From positions 19,902,001 to 19,966,000 of the forward strand of contig JBHGNT010000003.1 of the NCBI GenBank assembly GCA_043228905.1: a stretch of 64,000 nt of DNA, read 5' to 3'. A program made the translations under genes and the position numbers. The stretch is from Azolla caroliniana. Its lineage: Eukaryota; Plantae; Polypodiophyta. A model generated the notes under the pieces. It was not told the DNA's origin. It saw nothing but the letters and a program-made list of their open reading frames with translations, and did not search any database. Positions 12,221 to 24,572 of this stretch are shown here, piece by piece; the stretch's first letter is position 1; each line of letters starts with the position of its first letter.

Positions 12221-14512
12221 TCAAGCAGAATTTTCAACTTTCATGGCTTCAATATTTTCTGCATCTTCTTCCATGCCAGCACTTGCATAAATATTGGCCA
12301 TAAGGACATAAGCTGTGGTATCTTGATTATCTACAGCTATGGCTCGATCAAATGCAAATCTCCCGAGTTCTACATTTCTCCAGCCTTTACAAGCACTCAA
12401 AAGGGAATGCCATACTGGCAAAATATCAGAAGAGGGCATGTCTTGAATAAGTGAAATTGCCTTGTCAAAATGCCCAGCTCGACCAAACACATCAATCATG
12501 CAAGTATGGTGTTCTGGGTTCAGCATAACACCGTATTTTCTACTCATTTTCTCGAGAATCATTTGGCTCTCATCCAATAAACCTGAGTGACTACATGCAT
12601 TTAAGACACAAAGAAAAGTTACATCATTCGGTGAGAGTCCCTCATCTTCCATCTTTTCACAACACTTAAACGCTTCATCTACCTTTCCCTGTTGTGCATA
12701 ACCTGCAATTAGTGCTGTCCAAGATGCTATATTCCGATCTGGAATCTCATCAAACACTTGTTGTGCTTTCTCAAGCAACCCACATTTGGCATACATATAC
12801 ACTAGTGCAGTGCCAAGCATCACATCTTTTCCTAGTAAGCCCAACCTTAGAACTTCATCATGGATTTGTTTACCCCTCTCAATTGATCCTGCATTACCAC
12901 AAGCCTTCAAAATGAAGGCAAAAGTCATTGCATCAGGAAGAATGCCCTGATTTCGCATCGGGCGAAAACAATTCAATGCTTCTTCGACCTGCCCCTGCTG
13001 GGCATAACCCGCAATTAGTGCATTCCAAGTGATGAGATAATGCATGGGAAGCTCATCAAACACTTGTTGTGCTTTTACTAGTGTGCCACATTTAACATAC
13101 ATGTCAACCAATGCAGCCCCCAGATCAATACTTTTATGCAATAAGCCCCTAGAAATGATTTCCTTGTGAATTCGTTTACCCTTTTCATATCCTCCTATAT
13201 TGCTACAGGTTTTCAAGATGCAACCAAAAGTAACCGAATCTGGAGAGAAACCCTCACATCTCATCTGTTCAAAACGCCTGAGCACCTCATCACACTGACC
13301 CTCTTGCACATACCCTGAAATTAGGGTTGTCCACGAGACAACAGTGTGGACAGGAAACTCATCAAATACTTGTTGTGCTTTGGCAAGTGCCCCACATTTG
13401 GCATACATATCCACCAACGCAGTGCCGAGCTCAGTATCTTTCCCTAGCAAACCTTTCCTGGCAATCTCATTGTGTATTTGTTTGCCTTTTTCAATTGCTC
13501 TTATGCTAGCACATGCATTGAGAATGCAAGAAAAGGTTACCAAATCTGGCTCCAAGCCGTCCTTTAGTAACCTTTGGTAACAATCGAATGCCGTATCAAT
13601 TTGCCCATGTTGGACATACCCTGTGATGAGTGCGGTCCATAAAACAAGATTCCGAACAGGGAAATCATCAAACACTTGTTGTGCTTTCCCAAGAGATCCA
13701 CATTTGGCATACATATCCACCAATGCCGTGGCAAGAACAACATCGTTTGTCTTCAGAAGCTCCTTTCTAATAATCTCATTGTGAATTTGTTCACCTTTTT
13801 CAATCAATCGCATGGTACCAATAGCCTTCAAGATGCAAGGCAATGCCATGGCATCAGGAGTGAAACCCTCACCTTGCATCCTCTCAAAACACTTCAAAGC
13901 TTCATCACTATGCCCTTGTTGGGCATACCCTGTAATCAGCGTAGTCCAAGTGATCTCATCCCGGATAGGGATCTCGTCAAACACTTGTTGTGCTTTCGCA
14001 AGTGCGCCACATTTCACGTACATGTTCACCAGTGAAGCACTGAGCACAACATCTTTATTCAACAAACCCATCTCAGCAATTTCATCATGAATCGCCGTCC
14101 CTTGGTCGAGAGCACGTGCATGACCAATAGCCTTCAAGATGCAGGTGAGGATAGAAGCGGCGGTGGACAGGCAAAGACTTTTCATTTGTTTGAAGCACGT
14201 GAATGCAGTGCTAATTTGGCCATGCTGTGCATATCCGGCAATGAGAGCCGACCAGCAGAAGGCATCTGGGTGGGTAAGCTGGTCCATGACTTGCTGAGCT
14301 TTGACAAGTGATCCACATTTGGCATACATGCTAATGAGGGCACTTGCTACATAGGGGTCTTCTCTTAGTAGACGCGGCCCATCGCCAGTTCTGGAGATGT
14401 GATCATGTAGGGCCATGGCTTGCTTCAGGTCCTTCTTTTTTGCACAGTGCTTCAGCACCTCCACCAAATGGAGACCTAACCCCTGCTTCGTCTTCCTCTT
14501 GCATGCATCCAT
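12221..14512 (-). CDS. PLS-class pentatricopeptide repeat protein with E domain, no DYW (organellar RNA editing factor type)
   Basis: 763-aa intronless ORF with repeated ALVDMYAKCG / WTALI.GY.Q.G / TF.CIL.AC triplets, ending with VLNACSHSG...HHTCMIDVFGRAG...W.SLLSAC...YVLMANIYASAG. Confidence 0.95.
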   Translation of the reverse strand: MDACKRKTKQGLGLHLVEVLKHCAKKKDLKQAMALHDHISRTGDGPRLLREDPYVASALISMYAKCGSLVKAQQVMDQLTHPDAFCWSALIAGYAQHGQISTAFTCFKQMKSLCLSTAASILTCILKAIGHARALDQGTAIHDEIAEMGLLNKDVVLSASLVNMYVKCGALAKAQQVFDEIPIRDEITWTTLITGYAQQGHSDEALKCFERMQGEGFTPDAMALPCILKAIGTMRLIEKGEQIHNEIIRKELLKTNDVVLATALVDMYAKCGSLGKAQQVFDDFPVRNLVLWTALITGYVQHGQIDTAFDCYQRLLKDGLEPDLVTFSCILNACASIRAIEKGKQIHNEIARKGLLGKDTELGTALVDMYAKCGALAKAQQVFDEFPVHTVVSWTTLISGYVQEGQCDEVLRRFEQMRCEGFSPDSVTFGCILKTCSNIGGYEKGKRIHKEIISRGLLHKSIDLGAALVDMYVKCGTLVKAQQVFDELPMHYLITWNALIAGYAQQGQVEEALNCFRPMRNQGILPDAMTFAFILKACGNAGSIERGKQIHDEVLRLGLLGKDVMLGTALVYMYAKCGLLEKAQQVFDEIPDRNIASWTALIAGYAQQGKVDEAFKCCEKMEDEGLSPNDVTFLCVLNACSHSGLLDESQMILEKMSRKYGVMLNPEHHTCMIDVFGRAGHFDKAISLIQDMPSSDILPVWHSLLSACKGWRNVELGRFAFDRAIAVDNQDTTAYVLMANIYASAGMEEDAENIEAMKVENSA

Positions 14513-14849
14513 GGACCATGACCAAATGAATGCATCCTTTTAGGCTTTCCTTATTTCCCAAGGATGTGATGATATTTGCTTTCCTTATTTCTCTGAGCAT
14601 TTGTGTGTATGATTATCTTTGCTCGAGGAGGCAAGAGCATTCTTGAGGGGCATCTCGTGAAATAAAGATATGGTTCGAGGTATAAACTCCATGTTGTAAA
14701 GAATCCACATGTTTAGACATCCCGTTCATCCTGGTACGGACCCCCCGAGCTTCTCCTTATATCTTCAATATGTACTTGCTCAACGCCATTATATGTGCCT
14801 CCCTATATTTGTAGTTAAGTTTGAGAAATAAAGAAGAGTTGGTGTGTTT

Positions 14850-16170
14850 TAAAGAAATAAAGAAAAAACCCTAGGCTAGACAATTCCTTGCTTTCTAACA
14901 TAATCTAAAATAGATGTAAGAATGCACAAGTTCGGATATTTACATATGGGAATGAACCATGATTCTAACTAAACTAGGTTAATCGTGTAACAAACCATGC
15001 GTACAAAACAAGAAGCATGCATTAGGTTGTGGGGGATGTTAAGTATGCAACGGGTATCTCAAACTATGGTGATAGGGTCCGAGGATAAACCAAAGACTCC
15101 TTGCAAAAGTATGGAGGGAGAACCTAACATTGTAATTAGGTATAGAGGTAATATTCATAAACTTTTATACTCCCACCCATTTAATAAAATAAGAAAAAAA
15201 CCATGGAGGTGAATTTATAAACCTTCCTTATTTAACATATCTCCCTTGTGCTAAACCTTATGCATATATGTCCTTAATCATTTCCATAATTATTAGTTAA
15301 GAGCTTAATATTTGTTATCCATAATAACTTTTAATTACATTAAGTTTGGATTAATGGAAGCAAAGGCATGTTGGTGGTTTATTGAGTGCCCGGGTTGTGG
15401 TAAAGTTGTAGGAAGTTTAGAGTTTACTTTAGTAGTTAGTCAACATAAATAGCTTGAGGTTGATTGACACTCATCCCCTCCCATCTCACCAACAAATGGT
15501 TAGACAATGGCATGTCCCATACACCGACCTTGATGAACATCCATGTAACAAGTACCATTTGGTAAGTATACCAAAAGGAGTTACAACTACTTCCATGTAG
15601 TAGCTCCCTTCAATGGTACCACAAAGTCCACAAAACCTTGATTGAACTAGTATGTAGACAACCTCCATAGCGATGACAGTACTTTAACTTCTTGATAAGA
15701 TCTTCACTCTCTTAGGGTGTACACATTCCACCTTTCCCCCCCACACTTGTCAATGTTGTTTCTTTTACTTTTTGACTCAAAGGCATCGCTCACTAGTCTT
15801 CAATTGTCCTTGATTCCCACAACAATAAAGACCAACCAAACGAAAGATGATACAAACCATGACTGAGCTTATGGATCAATTCTTTGACATGATAGATCCC
15901 CCCATCCATTTCTTTCTTCAACTCCACATTCTTCTTTCAAGCGTGCATGCTCAATCATATTTCCACAAGCATGATCATCCATACTTGACAGTTAGCTTCA
16001 GCATCAACAAAGGCTCCACACTTTAACAAACAATAGGCCTATAGATGTGGGTCAACAGCCTCACCTTGCATCACCAATATGACTTCCAAGTCCATGGTTG
16101 ATTCGTGCTTCATCCCACTTATCATGTTTAGTGGAAAACCAAGCTCTACTTTTGTACAAGTGTAGCCTCC
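14850..16170 (-). mobile_element. Highly decayed LTR-retrotransposon-like relic
   Basis: PPT-like ATGGGAGGGGATGAG followed by TGTCA on the minus strand near 15465-15485. No intact ORF; boundaries approximate. Confidence 0.3.
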
Positions 16171-17374
16171 TATTAATGAGATATTTCCCATTAAAAGGGG
16201 TTTGATAAAATGGAGTAAAATGTTTGAAATAAGTTCTTCAGAATTGAATTAGAAACCTTACAATGAAAGCAGCAGTAAATGAAACATGGGGAATGAGCAT
16301 TTCCAAAAATTTCAGCATGGGATCAGAATAATCTTTGCTATTGCACTACAAGAGCAGCACTTTCTGAAAATCTTGAAGGGATTACCAATATTTAAGGCAT
16401 GTTGGCTAAATGACAATTAAGAATAGGATGATGGAAATATGAAGGTAAAAACCTATTTCCATATGCTGTATAATTCTGAAAAGATCGTGTAATACCAACT
16501 ATCATCAGTATGAGCTCATATATATTGTAACTCAAGATAGATCAAATAGGTTTTCATCCAAGTCACACAAGGCTTAGAATTCACTACCTTCTTCCTCTAT
16601 AAAATTTCAGGTCAGAAGTGACATACTTCTCTAGCTTTTCCAACTCTCAATTCAGCATATCATTCATTACTCACCTATCAAATAATTCTATCTAGCTTTT
16701 TCTAGTGTCCTCACACAATCGTCCCCATCTCTAAAACCATGTAATAAGGAGAGTGATTGAAAGGTGGTAGACTACACCAAGAAAAAGAGTCTGGGTATAC
16801 TGAAAAGGACAGAAAAATCAGGGAGGGATAGGTGTCATTAAGAGAGGATTGACCAAGAGCATTTGTGAAAATAATAAAAACGGGGGTATATTGGGAAAGA
16901 ATGAAAAGCTTATCATAATCACCGAGTCTTTTGAATGAGAAGACTAAGGATAAAATACCTTTAAACCCATTAGTCTAACCAAATTGTCTCTTAAGACTCC
17001 TGAACTGTACAGCAATTACCTTTAACAATTATTCGACCTCATGCTGCATGATTGGATATAATCAGAGTGTCCATGATTATGGCAGGAAAAACGTCTATCA
17101 TTCCACTCAACCAACCTTCAGGTGATTGAATATTTTGACACTTCTGAATATTTCACAACATAATGATGAAAAGGTGGGTTATATATTACACATTGGGCGA
17201 GGCATTAAATGGATTATTACATAATGGAAACTCATCCTTCATTATATTTCCTAAACTTTTTCCCTCACAAATAAAAGGTACAAATTAAAAGAGAAACTAA
17301 TCTCCAGAAAATTGAAATCCCAAAATTGGCCCCTATCGATGGAGACTACACTCTTATCTGTGTAGAGAATCACG

Positions 17375-20300
17375 TCAATCCTTCTTCTTTCCTTGGGATA
17401 TCAAATTAGCATTGCGAACATTAGCTTCTGTAAGCAGTAAGTATTTTCCTAGCCTGTACACCAACAATAATCATGACTGCTTCAGGAATCACAAAAATCT
17501 TATAACACAGCAAAATCATATGGCAAAATTTATTATCAAGAATTTAAAGAGGACCACTAATCCAGGTTGGCCACTTTCATTCCAAGAATCTTTGTGGTCA
17601 TTGCCAATTTTTATTTTCCAATATTGTATACAAACATTATCAGTTGTTCAATTGTGTATAAAAACATTAGCAAGAAAAATAATTGGCTGGGCCCTGGAGT
17701 TCTATTTATCGGTTTTTGGTCATGAACTTTCCCAGATTCAATAGCTTAACCCTCAAGAGTCCTGCATGCATTCACCTTTCATGCACACTGCTGTTGCCCT
17801 TGTACTCATCTTTGTAGTTTTGGTATATATCTTCCCTTTCTCACATTAATTTTCACTAATTAATGCTATCAAAGCCTGTGTAAGATCTATGGTTCTGAAC
17901 CAGAGCCAGCATTATTAAACTTATTTTCTCTTTCCTGTGCTATATTTGGGTCTTTTAAAATGTGCTGCAAGCAACCGCTGCACGTTCATTTGTCAGGAGA
18001 ATAAAATTGTGGAAATTACACAATTCATTTGTCAGAAGATTAAAATTGTGGAAACTACAGATTCATTTGTCAGAAGATAGAGTTTCACAATCACTTAAGA
18101 TTCACTTTGATTTATTTATAAGCTTATTCAAAGGCTAACTTTTAATGGTATTTACTTTTTCTTAACGTTAATCACTCTAATGAATCAACTCCTTCCTACC
18201 TCTATTCGATAATTTCCAACAATTAACAGTTTTTTATATTCATCCTAGATTTCCAACACTAATTTAGCGAATGTTTTGTTAACCTAACTACACCAAGCCC
18301 ATCGCAAAATTGTGTACCTAAAAAAATATGTATATATGTGCGTTAGTTTACTGAATAAATGCATCTGCTCAGAAATCTGGATACAATAATAGCAGAACCA
18401 TTAGAATGACATGAAGTTCAATGAAGATTGAAATTTTAATGCCAACTTTAAAATCCACTTCTCTGGGCCACACTAACTGGAATATAATTTAGGCAGCATT
18501 CAATCCATGTCTAGAAATTTTCTCCTATATTGTCATTCAGAAAAAAAGATATTACATACCCCAGTGTTCTAGGAAGTCGATAACCTCCAATGCGCACACG
18601 TTTAAGGGCATGAACCTTCAAAAAGAGAAAGTAAAAAGTTAATATAGAAATGAGACATCATGCATTAAAACAGATTTTAGTTTTTCTAATACTTAGCTCT
18701 CCCAAATGGCAGTATAGAAAACTTTTCTTTATAGGCCAATATAATTTAAATAATTTAATTCACCATGCTAGCAAATTGACACTAATACTATCCTAAAACA
18801 AACACCAGTTTGTAACAGAAGGCCATAGTTTATATATGAATAATTTGATAAAAAAAGTTATAGTCTTTCAAAATGCCATAGCTTTGGTATATGAATAATA
18901 GAATGCCATAATTATTACACCAGAAGACCATAATCTATATATGAACCATTTGATTAGGTTATATCCTTTCAAAGTCAACTAGCTTGAGTATAGTTCGCAA
19001 CACTTATAAGCCATAATTGTCTTTTATTCTTTAATGAGTTTGGATTTCTTTCTCAAATATCTTTTGTTTTGCTTCCTCCATAGCGTATGGATTTTTTTGA
19101 CTCCATGATGAAACACAACACGATGTAACGACCAGCATTGGGGGTGAGGGGGGATAAATAATTTGCAATGCTTCATTAAGGCTAGCTCCTACACACGTTG
19201 TCAGATTATTGAATCTGATATTTATCAATTATATTTTCTGTTCCAATCATTTATGAGAATTCCAAAGACATAATATTCTTGCACCTCAAATTTCTACTGT
19301 ATAAGCAGGTGTTAGAAGGGCAGAAATTGGAGGCAGAGTAGTATGCAGGATATGAAGGAATGTGGTTTAGAAAGGTTCTAGTAGAAATCAGAATGCTGAT
19401 AGGGGGGAGGAGCAACTTGGATAGCATATGAAAGCTGAAGTCGTGTCGGTATCGCGAAGGATGTGGCATTCCAAGGGCGGATAAAGACCTTTTAGATAAT
19501 CTACTACCCCTTTATACAAGAGATCATTTCCACTGAGAAGCTTAAGTCAGAGTATTGTCCTTTAGCTGGAGTTTTTTATAAAACCCCTGGAACCCAAGTG
19601 GATAAAGAAGCTCCAGGAGCGAATACCAGCAATAGGATGAGGAAGAATTGGATGACATGAAAATTCAAGCAACTGAATGATGCAGAATTTCAGGCAACCA
19701 AATAATGCGAAAACTTCCCAAATAAAAGATGATGTGGGATTCCGGGAGATGAGCTGATGAGAATGGTGCACATGATGCACTTGAGGGGTGTATGTTAGGT
19801 TGTGCTGAAGTGAACACGCTCCAACTAACCCTTTTGTTGTGCCAAACAAGAGAGGTTGAGAAGTTCATAGGTGGTTCAGTTATTAGGGCTAGCAATCTAC
19901 TGCTACATGTATTATAGCAACCTCAACAATAGAGCTAAAGTTAGTTCTTTCTTGTGTCAAGCAACTGAGTTGTATCAGGATCTACTCAATTACCAGTGTA
20001 TGTGCACACAGTTCTATTGCATCATCCCTCTGTTCTAAATGCATTTCAGAACTCTGCTATTGATGTAATCTGACTCTTCCATTGTTTCTCTATATTGTTG
20101 GCTGTATGTGCAAACTCTATTTTCCCTACATATTCAACAATATCATAAAAATTATTGCAGATCCCTACTGATCAAGCACAAAGGAGAAACCAAAACAATC
20201 TGCAATGGAAGTATTCACGAAAGTATTTCGAAAAGGTGGATTGATCATATTACGCATCATAAATTGCCATAAGACTGACACCTCAAAAAGAGTCTCTAAA

Positions 20301-23300
20301 TGCCAAACACAATCAGGTATGAGTCTCCTTCCATATATCGTTTAGCTTATAAAGGTTATGTATGATTTGGCCTCCAGTCATATGTGTATTTTAAACAAGG
20401 CAAAAAGGGGATCATTTTTAAATAACATCATTTCCACATGAGTGTCAATTCCTATAAAGTCCACATGACCTTCTAGAGGCATCTACAGAAAACAATGCCA
20501 GTCACAAAGTTGGTGCCTCAGTGTTGGCTAGAAAGATGGAAGAATATACATCCAAGGACATAAGATCACACATAGCCCTAAGAAATCAGTTGGAAACACC
20601 TATTCTCCTTGAGAAGCAATCATTAAATCAGTTGTTGATATAGTTGGTATCTTCAATATCCAAATGTTTTGCAGAAATGTTATTAAATGCTCTCAGAATG
20701 CAAGCACAGAAAAACTTATAGCTACGTCCTGCAATACACAGCATACAGTATGCCATCACAGTAATATTATCCATAGAGACAAGCGATCAAGTCTCATGGC
20801 ATAACCAGCAGTTTAAGGATTTCCAGTATGCTGTTAAACTGGGACGTTAAAGATAAATAAACAGAGACATTGTAGTATTGGCGCACTACAAAGGAGCATG
20901 TCTTTTGCTAGGAATTATAAAGTTGAATATCTACTCATAACTGATGGATATAGTTCAGTGACAAGACACTCAGACCAAAAGATAACTTAATATAGTTATG
21001 TGTGAAAAGAAGCCTACTGTTGCTCAGCCGGATTTGATCATGTTTGTCAATGGAAAAGGAGATAATCATTCATGAAATGACCCATCGAGTCTCAAAACCA
21101 GACACTCATCACCAATATTACTCAGTATCAGGCAAAGCAGAAACAGGGATCAGCTATTACCCTGTGACACAAACAATGAATGTTCAATCAACAGATATCT
21201 TAAATCCATCACATATAAACTCAAACACAGACTCGTAATTTCAGCAATATTAAATTAAAAAAGGAGATGTGCATTCATACAACTTGTACAAATCAAACAT
21301 AATGTTGGACAGTCCCATCAGCAGTCATAAACCCAGTCACAAGTCCAGAGACGGCCAGATAAGGTTCCCTAACATCTTGCTTAAACAGTTAAGCATCTAA
21401 ATTTCCCACTATTAATAACATATTAGACAAGTAGCTGGGTGTTAACCTACTATTTATTCATATTAGCATAAACAGCTCCTTCTTTACTGATAAGTATGTA
21501 GACCACAAGGACTTACTTTCTATTCACCATTTGCAAATGCGACAAAACAAAAATGACAGGGAGTAAAACAGAATCAAGAAGCTCAAACCTCTAAACCTGC
21601 ATTCTCTACTAAGTGGCGAACCTCGTGATTTCGACCTTCTGAAACCTGAGCCAGAAGCATAATCAGATGGCCATAATTTTATTATAACCTCATTGATTCA
21701 TGATATATGTTTCTTCTAAGATACCACAATTCGCAATTTAATCCTTGAATCTCCTTGTTCAGCTGCAGCAACAACTTCAACAGATTCAGGAACGCAATGC
21801 ACTCCTTGTACTTCGGTTCCATCAAGTATAGCTTGAACCTGTCTTTTAGTTATTTTATTGCCCACAGTTGCGATATATCTGAAGAAGAAATGCGCTTAAA
21901 TCAGCAATCAGCCTCTTCAGTACCAATGCAACCAAGGATGGAAACTCAGATAAAAACGCATTATCAAGAATAATGCTCAATCTTGTTTCTTTAGAACATG
22001 AACTTGCTCTCAATATCCATAATTTCTCCCCCATGAGAGACTGAATCAGTCTCTCATGACCTGGAGTGGATTTTAGGCCTTGTTTTTCACAATCTCTATT
22101 GACAAAAACCATCCTTCCATAATCTTTGATGTTATCTTTTTAATAATGCTTTTCTGTAATACTATTAATTAATACTGATAAATAGCATCAAAGGTTATGA
22201 GAACTGGGTCAATGGAAGAAAAAACATAGACTGATCACTGAGCGTTAAGTTCAATTTCTAAAGAACAAATACAAATAGAAAAAATTATTAGCATATTTAT
22301 GGTTACAAATGACAGTAAAAAATAATGTTATGTATGTGTAACCCCCAAAATGATCTCCTTACTCTTTTGTAAGGCCAGATGAAGGATGGGAAACATTTTG
22401 TGCAAAATCACCTGTAGACGAAACACGCAGCCCTTCATTAAAAGAACATCCTTGAAGAATGTAAGAATCAACATATTTTTCTAGTGGAAAAGGAGATCAA
22501 AACCATCATTTGTAACAAAGAGCAAGCCTGTAGTTGCAACATCAAGGCGGCCCACTGTAAATAATCTTGGCTTTAGCATTCCAGGATTCCTTTGTACCTG
22601 TTAAATAAGAGATATTTACCATTGAATTTGTTGTAAAATATGCATTGATATATTTTGTACATCCTAGTCTACAACAGGCCGAATGCAAAATACTCAACAA
22701 GAATCTAAAACTTGATTAAAGCCAAAAGCCAACCCAAATCTTCATGTAGTCGTCGAACAATTTTAAAACAGATTTCTCGTCATCTTCACTACTTGAACAG
22801 ATGTATCTGTAAATTTGTTAAATGCAAAAAATTACTTGAAGACAAATAAAATCACAACATTAGAAATGAGAAAATACATGTTAATTGTGACAAAACATTA
22901 AACAGAAGCCCACCCTTTTGGCTTGTTCAGTACAAAATACAGCTTCGGTGACATCTTCTTTGGCAATGATTTCCCATCAATGTATATTGAGTCTTTCAAA
23001 GGATCAACTAAAGTCTGCAGAAGAAATACCAAAAGCTGAATGCATGCAAGTCTAAAGCTTAAAATAAATTATAGAAGAGTTCATTAATGCCCTCGAGAGC
23101 AGGATAAATGTTTGAACTTTGAATATACAAAGGTACAAAGAAGGGCCCTGAATAAAGGGCACAAACATAAACATGCACTTGAGTTAGAAGTCCCCAAAGA
23201 AGGACAGATTATCTCAATATTTCTCTTTGAAATATAAAGACAGACCATTCACTGGCTTCCCATATGCACATGTACATGTTGGTACACATGTAAATAAGGA

Positions 23301-23698
23301 TATATGCAAGTGCATATCTTATGTATATACACACCCAAATGTAAAATTAAGATTCTTTCGGCACATTTAAGACATCCTTTTAGCACCTACATCGAGATAC
23401 TAAGCTCAATCACACACCTCATGTGTGGGCACACTCCTTTCAGTACTTGTGTATATTAAAGTTTGCCACTGACTTAAATGAATGGACAATGCTTTGCATC
23501 AAATGAAATGGATATTTTTGATATCCCATTCTTCCATCATTACTAAATTGATCATAACTTCTATGTGTACTTCCATTGAAGTCCTAGATAAACCAAGCCC
23601 CCTATTGTATATGATTCATTAGCATTTGATTAAGGGCGACCTTATCATTGTAATCTTTTTTTTATTTGCTAGTACAACTTATTGTCTTTGGCGTATTG

Positions 23699-23769
<71 letters not shown>

Positions 23770-24502
23770 TGGGGTAGATAGATATGCACAAATACCTCCA
23801 GAAGAAAGAATTTGCCAATTGTGTCATCATGGAGTGGAATCTGAAGAACCCTATGTCAATGTAGTGTTTTTTATGGAATAAGAGGGAGATACCATTGCCT
23901 CTATAAACAAGGCTTTGGCCTACTATGCAAGGTAATGGAATATGAGGATCACCGTTGCTTGGGACTTTTCTTGCTAGAACTCGAGAGACAAGGGGAAACG
24001 TTGTTGAAGGACAACACTACAGCCACACAAGCTCATCAACTTTCTTTAGACCCATCACTCACACTCATGCTACAAGTCCATCAAGGGCTACATAAATGGG
24101 TTCCCGACCAGGACATAACAAAGGGATTACAATAGATCGGGCAATAGCAATTTGTCATGCATGTTGGCCCCTGCTCCATGGACCACAATCTCACCACTCT
24201 CCCCATTGACAGATAAAGGCCAGTATCTCCCACCATCACAAGTGCTTCCCTCACTTTGGAGACCTCTCAATTCTGGATCCACCTATGCTAAAGATCTTTC
24301 GAAGAAAAAAATTACAATATATCTAATTTGAGAGTCTTACATGTACCGATAACAAGATTCTTTACTCTCTTTTTAACTGATTTACTTTTTTACTTAGTAA
24401 CATTTATTTATTTTGATTTGTTGTTCTCAAAGACAAGACAACACTTGAGAGATGCAATCTCTTGTTTGGTCTTATCGGCCATTGTGGCCTCTTAAAAGAC
24501 AT

Positions 24503-24572
<70 letters not shown>

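Noticed and set aside
21646-21724. SVR1 intron starting GTATCTT as a second U12 intron
   Set aside because: The donor deviates from RTATCCT and there is no CCTTAAC-like branch site near the acceptor.
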